DNA of 64,000 nucleotides from Neoconidiobolus thromboides FSU 785 (Eukaryota; Fungi; Entomophthoromycota), in contig MU626341.1 in the NCBI GenBank assembly GCA_025603075.1, positions 1-64,000 of the forward strand. Reading direction: 5' to 3'. How positions within the stretch are numbered: the stretch's first letter is position 1; every line of letters begins with the position of its first letter. This document shows positions 36,070-49,310 of the stretch, one piece after another. Under the pieces are notes generated by a model, which saw only the letters and a program-made list of their open reading frames with translations, searched no databases and had not been told where the DNA came from. The position numbers and the translations under genes are program-made.

Positions 36070-37764
36070 TCATTTATCGACCGCAAGACGCACAATATGA
36101 GCAATAGAAATGTCAATTAAATTTTCAATATGGTGCCGAATTTCTGGATGGAATTTAAGGGTCATAGCAATATTAGCAAGTAGTTCTGAAATAACTTTCG
36201 AGTAATTTTCAAAATAGTCAGGAAACTGTTTAGTAACTTGTAAAAGGTGATAACTAACAAAGGAGTTATTGGAATCTAGTAAATCAAATTTTAGCCAATA
36301 GCCAGGTATTCGATGCGTAAAAATAGAAAAAAACTCTTGAAGTTCTTCAATCCGTTGATCCATGTCCTTATAATAACCTTGATTGTTTAATTTAATGGAC
36401 ACCAAAAGTGACATTACTCTATTTAAGCCAACTACTAATTTGAGATTACGATAATTTAAAATAGTTGGGTCTTGCTCAATCGTCGTGTTAAAAAAATATT
36501 CTTTATCAAAATGTGCTGGGAATAGTTTTTTAGCTTTAGTTTCTTCATTTTGATAGTCCTCTCGTAAGGTATTAAGGTCAAGTGATTTGTCATAAAATTT
36601 TTGCCTAAGGAGCATTAATGTACTCATGTATTTAGATGTTCCATAGTACAAAGCACATACTCTAAAATTTTCTAAATGGGGTTCCAATCTTACTTTGGCC
36701 ATTTCTTTGTAAAACTGTCACTGTTAAAAATAAATTTAATTTTTAAATAATAATACCTTGTCACTATTGTCGCCTAAAAACGGTTAGTATAAGTATAAAT
36801 AAATAAAAACAAACAAATACCATCCATATGATAGGTCATAATGTAAGGTTTTCCAAGAAGAATAGCGTTATTTGAGTCTATGTAATAACAAATTGCCCAA
36901 GTTGCTGCCCCTTCAAACTTTTCTTCCGTATGTGTGGAAGGATCCGAAAAATACCAACTTTGGTCATGAAGACCAAGGATTTTAGCGATACTATTTATAA
37001 ATTGATTTATTTTATCATGAATAAAAGTGGTATTTCTTTACCTAATTGCAGAAGCTAATTTTTTTAGTCAATACTAACAAAAAAGAAGAATTTACCTAAA
37101 TAAGAGTCCGATTTTTCGTTAAGACAAAAAGAAGACATATATGATGAGAGTATTAAATAACTTTGAACTAATTCTATAGAGCTTTCGTACTTCCCACTAG
37201 ATAAAATTCCAATGGCCCTTTCATAAAACACACTGTTACAATTACTGGGAGTTTGAGGTTGAATGAGAGAATTGAGCGAGTTTGAATATTTATACGCAAT
37301 ACAACATATACTATTTATCAAAGGGGATTTTTCTGGGTCTGAGTTTAATTCCTTATTTATCCTTGTTAAAGATATGAACGGTTTGAGTTTTTGGACTGTA
37401 TTTAAATAACAGTCTACCAGATGATAGTAAATTGGTTTTATAACTATAAACTCAGTTACTCATACTTTTAATGATAAATTATTATTTTACTTAAGCTATT
37501 AAGGTTAAAACTAGATTCAATTAAAGGTTCAGAGCCACTTCTATTTACAGACTCTGGGCTTGGTAGCTTTTGGAACTCCAACTCTAGCTCTTGTAACTTT
37601 TCTGAAATTTCTATCAATCTTTTATTTTTTTTTCGTTCCTCTGGGATAAAGCATTCTATCTTCTTTAATTGGCATGATTCGCATGGCGGTGGCCCCCCAC
37701 TACATTTCTTTTTGTTCTTTCTACATTGGTCACACGCTACTACTACTTTCTTGTTCTCGTCCAT
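36070..37764 (-). CDS. Zn(II)2Cys6 transcription factor with fungal TF middle domain; multi-exon
   Basis: ACDQCRKNKKKCSGGPPPCESCQLKKIEC binuclear cluster; downstream ORF pieces 37064-37321 and 36070-36702 separated by GT-AG introns. Confidence 0.85.
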
Positions 37765-37775
37765 TGGAATTTAAG

Positions 37776-37810
37776 AAAAATCGAGTATAGAATAACTATA
37801 CTCGATTTTT
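37776..37810. promoter_or_regulatory. Perfect 15-bp inverted repeat just upstream of the Zn2Cys6 start
   Basis: AAAAATCGAGTATAG-aataa-CTATACTCGATTTTT. Confidence 0.55.
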
Positions 37811-38201
37811 ATGTTGATTACATCAACCAAATTAAATAAATCCTGAAGTTTGAAGAGCTGCAATTTTTGCTTTTAACATTTGAAATTATTATCAAACTAA
37901 TTTGCTTAAATGTAGTCTGATAATAATGATTTATGTTTATTTTAACAAAGTTTCTTAGGGTTATTTATATATGATCACTAATGATAATGTTTATATTACA
38001 AAAATAAATTTTGTTTAGAAAAATCCAAATTTAATATTAATTTTAGATTTCAAACTGAGAAATATAAGGCTTTTACCAGAAAACTGAAAATTTAAGAACA
38101 TTTTATTTGGTCGTTTTAAGGACATTTAAAATAAAATTTACTTTCATATAAAAACAATTAATTCAATTTATTAAGTAAAATTATACAATTTATAATATTA
38201 T

Positions 38202-39191
38202 TTAAGATGAAGACTTGTAACTAAATCCACGATCTTTCTTTTTAAATTTTTCCACAATAGAATCAAACATTAATTTTAAATCCATATAAATACCATCATG
38301 TAAAACCATTAACATCATTGGGTTGACCACAGTAAAAAGCATTACAGTAACTGCTACTATGGAATCTTCAAGGCTACTTCTTAAGTGTGTCAATACTTGC
38401 TCCCTAACACTAATCACTAAATAAGGTACCATACACAAGTTATAAAGTAACAACATGATACCTGTTTTGATATACGTACTACGCTTCTGCTTTCTTACAC
38501 TTGCATTTAATGTATAAAATGAGCCGTTTATTTCACTATCCCCATTATCTTCAAGCAAATGGATAAATCGTTTAGCTAATAAAGGATAGCAAAAATTTAC
38601 CAAAAATAAGCAAACAAAACTAAACAGTATGATATAGCATGCAGTAAATCTTGTTAAAACAACAACAGAAATGGTGTTAGGAAAATAGTACCTTTGGAAC
38701 GGCATAAGTATAAAGTCCGTATTAACGAAGACGCCTATCAATAATAATATATGAACAAATTGAAGAAATATAAATACAGCAACCCATATCCTTATCTTTA
38801 GGTCCTTTTTTAGATATAGAGCCCAATACCTTAGCAAAGCCAAATATCCGACACAACTTATTGAAAATAGTACAAAGAACACTTCAATGAGGCCATCATA
38901 TTGGCCATAATATACATTTAAAAATATTTTTTCAATCCCTAACATATTAAACGCTATCAATTGACAAAGTTTATAGCTGACAAATATAGCATCTCCAATC
39001 GATAAAAAACTGGCTATCCACATATCAAACGTTATGAATCCTTGTCTTTTCACTAGATAGAAAGTGAATAAGTTAAAAAGGATAGATAAAGCTTCAAGTG
39101 CAATAGTCAAGTTGCCGCTAAATGCACGTTCGGAAGTAAAACTAGCGACTGGCTGCAAGGACAACTTGTCCATATATAATGTTGAATTCAT
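38202..39191 (-). CDS. Class-A-like 7TM receptor, paralog 2
   Basis: 329 aa; GFITFDMWIA, LALLRYW, VNPMMLMVLH. Confidence 0.8.
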   Translation of the reverse strand: MNSTLYMDKLSLQPVASFTSERAFSGNLTIALEALSILFNLFTFYLVKRQGFITFDMWIASFLSIGDAIFVSYKLCQLIAFNMLGIEKIFLNVYYGQYDGLIEVFFVLFSISCVGYLALLRYWALYLKKDLKIRIWVAVFIFLQFVHILLLIGVFVNTDFILMPFQRYYFPNTISVVVLTRFTACYIILFSFVCLFLVNFCYPLLAKRFIHLLEDNGDSEINGSFYTLNASVRKQKRSTYIKTGIMLLLYNLCMVPYLVISVREQVLTHLRSSLEDSIVAVTVMLFTVVNPMMLMVLHDGIYMDLKLMFDSIVEKFKKKDRGFSYKSSS

Positions 39192-39750
39192 GGTAAATCA
39201 AGTAATGAAATTAAATTGGGATAGACTTCATCTCTTATTAATTTATACCTTTTAATTAGTTATCTAAAACTAGTTTCTCCCTATGATCAGAAATTAGCGG
39301 GTTTGTTTACTTTTGGTTTATTATTTTTTTATTGCAAAGTATAAAATGATTCAATTATTTTTGGATTTAAGGAAATTTCAACCAATTAATTTTAACCAAA
39401 AATAAAGTTAAGAATTGTTTAAGAAAGAAGAATTAAACAAGGTTTTTCATTAAATATAAGTTGTCTTATGCAACCCATATTTTTTATAAATCAACCTTAT
39501 TTAGTGTGTTAGTGACCATAAATAATTGTATTTCTATTATATAGCAGTAAATACAACTTATGATACTAAAATAGTATAGGCATCCAACTACTTCTATTCC
39601 GCTTTATAATTTTTCTACTTTAAAGTAACAATCTATTTATTGATGGTTGATTTGAGATGAGCGGCTAACTTGTATCTAAGCCTTATTTTTAAACTTTGTT
39701 GATTTAACCTGAGTTATATTAGATTAAAACATGTAAATAGAACAACAATA

Positions 39751-39841
39751 GGGGATGTATTTTTTTAAGAATTTTACTAACAATCTTTTTACTCAAATAG
39801 CGCTTAAAAAAATGGAAAAGTAATGAATTCAAAGATGCTTT
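39751..39841 (+). mobile_element. MITE copy with eroded right end
   Basis: GGGGATGTATTTT start and full consensus core. Confidence 0.8.
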
Positions 39842-40640
39842 TAGGAATATGAGGAGTGGTTATGTTGGTATTTTAAAAAATATATTAAACTGCTTATTGC
39901 TACAATTAATAGTTTGAAATTAAAGTTTAACTACAACATTAAATAACAAACACCTGTTATATTCTTTGATTGAGTGATGATAGAACATGGTTTTGTTTGA
40001 TAAGTAACTATAATTTTTTTACTAAAAATATTACTTTTATTAAAATTAGTTAAAATTTTCTTTTAATCTTATTTTTATATCTGCTTCTAATATCGTTTTA
40101 TTGACTAATAAACTAAAAATTAATGTTAGTAATAGAAGTTATTAATTCTATATATTTAAATATGTATAGTAGAATATGTGTAATTGAATGTGTACAAAAT
40201 TATAAAGATATACACTTTTATAATAAACTCATTAAAGTAAAGAGATAGAAAACAGGTGACTAAATGCTAATTAAAAAAAGAATCAATAATCCCATTTATT
40301 TATTAAAAATATAATAATACGACAATTTTTTTTGCACTTTCAAAAAGTTTTTAACAAGTTTTAATCAGGTCAAAATAACAATTTTATAAAACAGTCTTAA
40401 TTTTATAACTAAAAACAACTCAAAGCTAAAATCACTGTACTATATTTTCAAAAATTATATATTTTTTTCTAATTATTATTATCATTTTTAAAGGAGCTAA
40501 GTATAACTTAAAAAAAAGTATGCTACTAAAAGTTAAGCTATTTATATTATATAAGCAAACACTCCTTATATTTTATTTATTTATCCCATTATCCATTATC
40601 AGGTTCTGAATTGGAGGGATTGAACTATGGTCTCAGAAAA

Positions 40641-41007
40641 TGTAACTAGGATTTGATTAACTAGACTATAGTTATGACTATGAAGGACATAGTGAATAAA
40701 TATTTGTATAGCAGTGAGAGCGGTATAGCATTCTAGAGACTTGAGGAGGACAGTCTTCCTGAAAACATACAATATATAGTATTGACGTATATTATTTGGT
40801 ATATAAAAGACTCAGAAAGGAAATTTAATAAAACATTCAAAGTCTCAATGATCCATATTCAAAAATGATAATTTTATAGCTGAATTATAGTTTATAATTC
40901 AGTGTTTAAGCACTAATGATTTTCAGATTTGAAGTTTAAGGAACATAGGAAAGGGGTATTCTTAAGGAAATCAGGATAAGGAGAAAGTAAGGATAGAACA
41001 TATGACA
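40641..41007 (+). mobile_element. Possible solo LTR, second family
   Basis: Locally GC-richer; TGT...ACA ends, TATATAAAA (~40800) then AATAAA (~40826); flanks AAAA/AAAG; single copy, boundaries tentative. Confidence 0.35.
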
Positions 41008-41471
41008 AAAGAGATTCTAACTCAACATTTTAGTGAATGTTAGAGCGATTCATGATACTCATTTAATTAAATTTTACCAATTTATTTTTTGCTAAATAAC
41101 ACATTGCTAATCTTTGAAAATTCCTATTCATAAAAAATAATAATTTAGCTTTAAATTATATTCTAATGACAATAGCTATTATACATGCTGATATATTGAG
41201 GTACTAAATAATTCTAAGTTGCTAATAATTTAAATCTAATATATCAATTTTTACCAATTAGTTTATAACACAATAATGCTACTACCAAAGTTATAATTTT
41301 ATAATATAAAAAACCTGATTTTTAAAAAACCAGCTTATTAGCTAAGTATTCACTATCCTAAATTGATTGTCAAAGTTAGCTGAGGTACTCCAAATAAGTA
41401 CAAAATAACAAAAGTAGAGATATACACATTGAATAATTAGAACAAATGGTATAAATACTACTTAACGTTAA

Positions 41472-42470
41472 ATGGTATACAAATTCTTTTTTTTCGTCAT
41501 GGACTCGAGTGAATACATGAAACATTTAGTCATCCAACCTGTGGATAAGGAGGATTTGAACCGGATCATAAGCGGCTATATAATAATAAGTATTGAAATT
41601 TTAGCCTTTTTATTCAATGCTTTGACCTTTTATCTGATCAAAAAACAGGGGTTTAAAACTTTAGATATGTGGATAGCAAGTTGTTTAGCATTTGGTGATA
41701 TCTTATTTGTAGCTTATAAACTGGCCCAATTAGTGGTATTTAGAGTTTTAGGTGTTGATAGTGTTTATTTAAACATTGAGTATGGCCAAGTGGATGGTTG
41801 CTTTGAAGTTTTTATGATGCTGTTTTCAGCCAATTGTGTTGGTGCGTTGGCTCTATTAAGATTTTGGGCACTGTATCTTAAAAGGCCAATCGTCAATGGT
41901 TATTGGATAACTATCTTTGTTCTTCAAAACATGATTTGTTTAACATTGCTTCTAATAGCTGCAGTAAAAAAAGAGTTTATCTTAATGCCATTACAACGAT
42001 ACTATTTTCTTAATACAGTATCCAACGTACTCTCAACAAGAATAGGAGCTTGGTTTATTATTATAACTAATATCTTTAATTTCATTATTGTAAACGTGTG
42101 TTATCCACTACTATATTATAATTTTAGTAATCGAATGGAAACCATAGATCAGGAGCGGGAGATTATTTTTGATAGCATTAAAACACGCTACAATAAGAAA
42201 AAACGGAGTATTTTAATCAAAACCTCAATCACGTTGTTACTATATAATACTTGCTTATTACCTATTTTAATTATCAGTATACGAGAACAGTTAAATGGAT
42301 TCATAAAGTCATATAACCAAGATGTTATAGTTTCTTCCACTGTTATGCTTTTATGCTTTGTAAATCCATTAATTTTATTAATCCTTCATGATGATATCAA
42401 TAGGTCTTTAAAAGATATTTTGAAAGCAGTAGTAAGATTTATTAAGGGAGCATTCAAGAGATGTCGGTAA
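41472..42470 (+). CDS. Class-A-like 7TM receptor, paralog 3
   Basis: 332 aa (true start may be the second Met, MDSSEY); GFKTLDMWIA, LALLRFW, VNPLILLILH. Confidence 0.8.
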   Translation: MVYKFFFFVMDSSEYMKHLVIQPVDKEDLNRIISGYIIISIEILAFLFNALTFYLIKKQGFKTLDMWIASCLAFGDILFVAYKLAQLVVFRVLGVDSVYLNIEYGQVDGCFEVFMMLFSANCVGALALLRFWALYLKRPIVNGYWITIFVLQNMICLTLLLIAAVKKEFILMPLQRYYFLNTVSNVLSTRIGAWFIIITNIFNFIIVNVCYPLLYYNFSNRMETIDQEREIIFDSIKTRYNKKKRSILIKTSITLLLYNTCLLPILIISIREQLNGFIKSYNQDVIVSSTVMLLCFVNPLILLILHDDINRSLKDILKAVVRFIKGAFKRCR

Positions 42471-42925
42471 AAACAATGATTCCTCAGAATCCAAGGATAT
42501 TTTATTAATCTTAGGGAAATATTAAGTTAAAAAGGTAAATATACCTCCAGAACAGTGTGTAATTAAGATACTTTTGTAAAGTCTTTTAAACAATGTTATA
42601 TATTCGAAATATTTATTTATATTCGTTAAATAAATAGTGGCTATAAGTTTTTTTTGTCAATAGATTCATTGAAATACGATAGTTTTAATTATTTTTATCT
42701 TATATAATAAAATAGTAATACTTTGATTAACTTAAATATTATACCGTTTTTATTAGTAAAGCTAATAATAGTAGTCACGCTTTTCAAATGTATAATTCTT
42801 TTGGATGAAATACTGTAAAGTACTAAAAAACATTGATTATGGTACAGCTTCTACTACTCTAAAACTGAAAAAAGAGACTGTGTATCCAAGTAATTGAATT
42901 CTTGTATATATAAAAAACAATATAT

Positions 42926-43024
42926 AGGTATATATTTTTGTATTTAAGAATTTTACTAACAGTTTTTCCACTTAAATAGTGCTTAAAAGATAGAAAAAGT
43001 GATGAAGCCAAAAAAAACATCCCC
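42926..43024 (+). mobile_element. MITE copy
   Basis: Consensus core, right end CATCCCC. Confidence 0.85.
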
Positions 43025-43393
43025 ATGTCATTTTAATTTTTAAAAAGCTTGCTGTATATAAACCACCTTTAGTTAAATAGTTTCTAAAACTCTTAATATT
43101 AAAAATACTTTTTTATTAAATTTCAAATAAATTTAATATTATTGGAAATAATTTTTCTTTTTTTAGGAGGTTTAAAATCTTCAAGACCTTTACTTGTTAA
43201 AATAATATAATCGTTTTCAATTATTAATTCTTCTATATAAATACTTGTAAAAAAATCACTTTCAATCATACGAGTCGATATCTGAAATTTCAGGTATTTA
43301 ATTGTAAAATATTAAACTACAAACTTCATAGCAAAAGATAAAAATGTTGGTAATAAGCTACAATTGGCATTAACATTTACTAAAATAGTATAA

Positions 43394-44298
43394 TTAAACT
43401 AATTTCTTAGTGACAAAGAAGCGGCGAAGATGGGTAACTTGCCAATAGCAGACACCAACCATAACAGCGATTTGAAGGATAATCCAATAAGTAAGTTTAG
43501 AGTTAATGGATTCGGATAAACTTAAGAATTGGTGTTCTTTTTCCTATTCAAAACTTTAGCAACTTTTTAAATAAACTTAAAACAATATTACTCTTTGGTA
43601 TTCTTGCTCATAAAGGATATCATGTAACCAAGAGTTGACTACATGAATACGGTCCTGAAGTTCTATATCAAATATTAACATTTTAAATTATAAAGTTATT
43701 CGTTCTTTACTTGTAACTTTATCTGGCATATATTTCTCATCAATAGCATCAGATCCAATAAAAAGATTTAAAGAGAATTTCTAAAAAACTATTAGATAAA
43801 AACAAAATACAAGAAACTATAAATTACTATCTTATAATTATGGAACCAACCACCGTCTGGGTTACCAACGGCAATACACAATCTATGTTCGCCATATTCA
43901 TGGGTAGTGAAAGTGAATTGTCCGCTAGTTTTTAATTTTTGAGTTACTACTAAGTTACCAGTGTTTTTTTCCTACTTGAATTAATCATGCATTTATTGCT
44001 TTTATGAATAAAACTTACAATAACATCAATTGAAACAGTGTATTTTTGGCTTTCTTGATAAGTTTGACTCTCTTCTATATACCCTTCGGCTTTGAATTTT
44101 CCTAATCAATTAGTCTTAAATTTACATTTTTCCGCTTTGTTTATTATTATTACCAACTACGACGGTATCATTTGGCAAGTCTTCAATAAAACATTTAGTT
44201 TCGGATCCGTTTAAATAAAAGTGAATGGAGTTGACTCCTGTTAAAAATAGTCCACAGGATAAAGCGGCAATCGAAGTTAAATACTTGCTAAACTTCAT
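43394..44298 (-). CDS. p24/emp24-gp25L family cargo receptor, alpha type (Erp1/TMED9-like); about 6 exons, absent from the ORF track
   Basis: Spliced reading MKFSKYL...IHFYLNGSETKCFIEDLP...SGQFTFTTHEYGEHRLC...ILYEQEYQR|EKEHQFLSLSESINSKLTYWIILQIAVMVGVCYWQVTHLRRFFVTKKLV*. Confidence 0.88.
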
Positions 44299-44463
44299 TT
44301 TAATTTTAAAAAAGTTGGTAACTTAAATTTGTTCATTCTACATTATAAATTTAACTTAAGGATGGTGGCAATTTTGATTGGTGCAATTGGCTGGATTAAA
44401 TTATAAGCATCCCATAAAGTTCTATCAAAATCAAAATCAAAGCCATTTTTTTAATAAATTACA

Positions 44464-44895
44464 ATGAGCAACAAGATAAGCAAATTAAAATTAATAGTTC
44501 CAGCAGGTAAAGCTTCACCCTCACCACCAGTAGGGCCTGCATTAGGTCAAAGGGGTATAAAATCAATGGACTTTTGTAAACAATTTAATGACCGAACCAA
44601 AGATTTCGAAACTGGGGTACCTATTCCAGTAGTAATTAGTGTAAAACCAGACCGTACATTCAGTTTTATAAATAAAAGCCCACCAACATCATTTTTACTA
44701 AAAAGAGCAGCTGGAGTTGAAAAAGGGGCTTCTACCCCAGGCACTCAAGTTGTTGGCCAAGTGTCTTTGAAACATATCTATGAAATTGCCTTGATCAAAC
44801 AACAAGATCCAAACCTAGCATCACTTTCATTAAGAAATATTTGTTCCGCTATTATAGGATCTGCCAAATCTGCCGGAATCAAGGTGGTTCATTAA
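44464..44895 (+). CDS. MRPL11: Mitochondrial ribosomal protein uL11m
   Basis: [23 protein letters not shown]...[12 protein letters not shown]11 signature. Confidence 0.95.
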   Translation: MSNKISKLKLIVPAGKASPSPPVGPALGQRGIKSMDFCKQFNDRTKDFETGVPIPVVISVKPDRTFSFINKSPPTSFLLKRAAGVEKGASTPGTQVVGQVSLKHIYEIALIKQQDPNLASLSLRNICSAIIGSAKSAGIKVVH

Positions 44896-45604
44896 ATAGC
44901 TCTTTTTTTAGAATAAATAGAAGTAATTTATTAGGTTTTTTGAATTTAATTATAAGAATCAGTTATTTTTAAAGATTAAGTAGTTTTAATAGCATTGGAT
45001 ACCATTTTTAAATTGAATATTAGTCGATCAACGAACTATTGAACATTTAAAACATAAATAGATAATAAATTATTAATTTCTCAATTTGTTTGACCACTTT
45101 AGAATTACCGTTTATATATAGCTTTATTTATAATAATGAAAAGCCTGGATCATGTATAATACTGCAGAACACAATTTATTTTAAATAAACTAGAAACACA
45201 TATGACCATTAAAATTCAAATATTTAAGCTTTAAAAGCTATGACTTATAAACAATACTATAGACTTGCTTTTTAGATTTACAATTATTAAATAATTGCTA
45301 AAATTAAGGTGAGTTTTGAATAATTAGCCAATCATTACAGAAGCTTGCCAGTTTTAAATGAAATTTAATAAAAAAATTAGTAAATAACATTAGGAAACAG
45401 CTAAATTTTAGTCTATAAACTTAAATCATTGGTTCTAATTTAGGCCAATTAAAGAGGATTGAATCAGATAACAACTTCAAACAATCTATGGGCTTTAAGT
45501 TATAATTCAATTTAGCAACATATAATTTTAAAAGTAAAAGGTAAAATATAACAATAAATTGCAACTTAAATAGCTAATGCTTTTTATAAGATATACAAAA
45601 AAGA

Positions 45605-46505
45605 ATGGCCCAAAATATCGACCAAGCACAAAGTCCAAGTATTGCAGTAAATAATGATACTGAAGTTTCCATTGAAAAACAAGCTCCTGTTGAAAAACAA
45701 GTCACATTCGAAAAAGAGGTCGAATCAACAAAGCAAGAAGATCAAGAAGAAGATATAGACACAATAGAAGACCCAGTTACTATATTTAGTAACCCCAATA
45801 ATTTTAATATTAAGCATCCTTTGCAAAACGCATGGAGTTTTTGGTATGATTCACCATCAAAGAAGAAAAGTTTAGCTTCTTGGTCTCAAAATTTAAAAAA
45901 AATCATTACCGTAGATACTGTAGAGGACTTTTGGGGGTATTGTTAGTTTTTCAGCATTTTGGTTTATTTTTAATATAATTTAACTAGAGTGTTTAATAAC
46001 ATTAGCAAAGCTAGTGAGCTTGCCAATGGGGCCAACTACCATCTTTTCAGGGAAGGAGTCAAGCCAGAGTGGGAAGACAAGGCTAACTCACAAGGTGGAA
46101 AGTGGGTGTTTCAAGCCAAAAAAGGCAAATATGATATGGATAATTTATGGTTATATACAGTAATTTATCTATTAAATTCATTTTAATTTTCTAAAATAAA
46201 TAATATAGCTACTGGCATGTATTGGTGAAGCGTTTGATATCAATGACGAGCTAAATGGTGTAATTTTCTCAGCTCGTAGAGAGCTCTATAGAATATCGAT
46301 ATGGACCCGTAACTGTGATAACCAGGATTTAGTTACCGAGTTAGGGTAAGTATAAGTAAACAAAGTAATAAATTATCACGTACTTAACATTCTTAGCCAC
46401 AAATTCAAAGAGGTGTTAGGCATCAAGAGTGAGACTATCGACTATACTTCTCATTCAGATGGTGGGCTTAAGTATGCCAATAAAAATGGAAAATATACTA
46501 TTTAA
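45605..46505 (+). CDS. TIF45: Translation initiation factor eIF4E; 4 exons
   Basis: KHPLQNAWSFWY, TVEDFWG, YHLFREGVKPEWED, GGKW, RISIWTR; GT-AG introns. Confidence 0.93.
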
Positions 46506-47299
46506 TAGGAGATAGTAAATTAAAGTATGGATTAAAAAGGTTTCAATTTAACTAAGTGTTTGTTTAGAATCGACTGTTTTTTATTATTGCATTTCCATAG
46601 CGAGACTCTTGTTTTCAGTACCCTTTTTTTCTTTTATTATCTTTTCTTCTCTTTTATAGAGCTTTTTTAATAAATTTTCAGCAAAAGTACTTGAATCAGA
46701 AACTTTTATAGATAACAATTTTGTCTTGCTTTGTAATATTACATCAAAGTTGTGTCTTTTTTCATTTACATTTTAAAAACCAAAATTAAACTATCATCTA
46801 CTATAGAAACTATGCTTTAAGTTTCAACATAGTTAAAGGATAAGTTGCTGCATAGAACTTAGAAACTTGATTTAGCAAGTGCTGTTTGATGATTATACTG
46901 ACTTTACATTGAGTAATTAACACTTAAGCCATATAAGATTTGGATAAACATTGTATGGACTTGTTTCATTTGAGCCTTTATTATTTTCTTTTAATACTAT
47001 TAACTAAAATGTGTAAAGAATTGAGGTCATATAATAACAGTAAATCTAATATACTTTCGTGTTGATAAAAAAGATAAATTAATATATTAACTTTGATTAA
47101 ATGGCATAATACTAATTACATGATTTTAATATAGTAATAAATTTATGCTCGCTCTATCAATTAGAATTCATTAATATATAGCAACCATATCAATTTAAAT
47201 CTATCAGCTATGTAACTATACGATATAAAGTTTGATAAAAAATAAACTTTATTTAGGATATTTATGATCTTCTATAAACTAGGATTCTATAATGCTCTA

Positions 47300-48960
47300 T
47301 TAAGATTGATTGAGGTTGTTAGGTAACACTTTGAACAGCCTTAAGTTGGAATCTTCACCCCCGGAAGCGAGAATATCATCATACCAATCCATAGAAAGAA
47401 CTTTGTTTTCAAATACCGGATGTTCATTAGATACAGTACGTGGATCAAACTTCTTGATTTCGGTGTCTGAATGACTTAATGAAAATTGTGGGGTTCTAGA
47501 TCTTAAATCCCAGATCTTTAAGCTACCATCGTAACTACTACTAGCCAAGCGGAAACTATCGCTGTTATGGAATTTTACAGAGCTAACGAAATTTAAATGG
47601 CCCGATAAAGTCAATTTTACAACATTAGATTCTAAGAAATAATTTTAAAAAAAGCTATAATATAAGTTTGACTATTACCTTTAACTCTAGGATCCCAAAT
47701 TCTGATAATAGAATCAGTATGGCCAGATGCAAGTAAAGAATCACTACCAGAAGCTTGGGACAAGGAAAGGAATGGCTTTTCACAAGTTTTGGAATGAATG
47801 TTAGTAGCTGTAATGAGGTCCCATATCTTCAAAGAATGATCGAAGCCACCACTGTACAATATGTTTGAATCTTGATTACAATATTCAAGGCATTGAACCG
47901 GACCAAAATGACCATTCAAAGTTAATTTGGAACCTTTAAAAGCCATCTCACTATTCTTTCTTTTCTTGTTTCCACTGTTTATAACTTCTTGTACTATTAC
48001 ATGCTCTGGATCTTCCTCTAAACTTGCTAAAGACCATATTTGGATTGTGCTATCACTTGAAGCAGTTGCAAACTAGATGATCATAAATATAAACACTAAA
48101 TTTCTATTATTATTCCTTACGTTTTTGTTATTTGCTGATATAGATACGGATTCTATACTTTTCTTATGCCCTTTAGCAGTATAGAAGGGGGCATAATTAT
48201 CTTTTTCATCTTTCTATTTATAAACTAAGTAAAATAAGATAAACGTAAAAACTCAACTTACTTTCCAAGCAATTACTGTTTGGTCTTGAGATGCAGTTAA
48301 AAAGCTGATCTCTCCTTTAGAAAAAGTTAATAAATGGAAATAAATAGAAGATTCCAAAATTACCATTTTCAACCCATTTCACCGATTTAATAGTAGAATT
48401 ATGGCCTTTCAATGTTGCTATGCATTGGCTGCTTTTATCCCATACTCTTACTAGATTATCGTAAGATCCTGTTAAAATCAAACTAAAAAAAATAAGCAAT
48501 AAAGTAAGCTAAAAACCGATTTACCCTTGAGAAGAAATATTGATAGAAGAAACCCAATCGTCATGTTTATAATCGTTAAGTTGGCTTGGAGGTAAAGTAG
48601 ATTCAATCACTTCAATTTCTAATAATGCTTCCTAAAACTATAAGTTTGGATGCCAGTTTTTAAATTATTAGCTTACGGTTGATAGGTTCTTTATTGACAT
48701 GAAAGTGGACAAGCTCGACTTAATAAAGTCTCCTTGGTATAAGAATTCGAAGGGCACAGGGCGCTCTATAAATTGTTAACAAGTTAAACTGATCTCTTTT
48801 TGAAATTACCTAACGCTAGTAAATGATTTACAATCTCTGATAAACCATATCTTTTCAAGTTGGTTGGCAAAAATAATGGGGCATCGGGTAAAGGATACTT
48901 TTCATTTCTAGTAAATAGCTTTACTTGGACTTTAGAAATATTTTCCTCATTTGATGCCAT
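47300..48960 (-). CDS. YTM1: Ribosome biogenesis WD40 protein Ytm1/WDR12; multi-exon
   Basis: NLE domain (KRYGLSEIVNHLL, FDFHV), HDDWVSSI, WD repeats ending LASGGEDSNL; true start MASNEEN at 48960. Confidence 0.9.
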
Positions 48961-49310
48961 CTTTGCTATCTTATTATTTAGAAAAAGTTGAATTAATTTA
49001 TCAAAAGATGATTTTAATTGAATTTCTATTTTTATTTTTTTGTGATTCCTAAGTTTTGGCTTGAAAATTTGGTTTTTTCGAAGAGTGTTTTTCACTATGC
49101 CATATTACAGAAAAGTTAAAATATCAGTTATACCTGAAGGTAAATGTTTTTAATGCATATTCATGTAAGACATATAAAGTTTTTATTTTTAAAAAACATA
49201 GGGAAGTGGGAAATCAAAAAACCACCACAATAAGTAAGATCGAAGTCTGGTCTTAGAGTAAAAGCTCAAAGATAACAATAAAAAATACAACATAGCTTTA
49301 TTAATAAATA

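Noticed and set aside
33521-42470. 7TM proteins as opsins
   Set aside because: The residue six before the TM7 Asn-Pro is F or M, not the retinal-binding Lys.
5403-44744. Antisense ORFs (5403, 10608, 11128, 12454, 15489, 18929, 27310, 33805, 39064, 44547)
   Set aside because: They are shadows of better-supported genes on the opposite strand.
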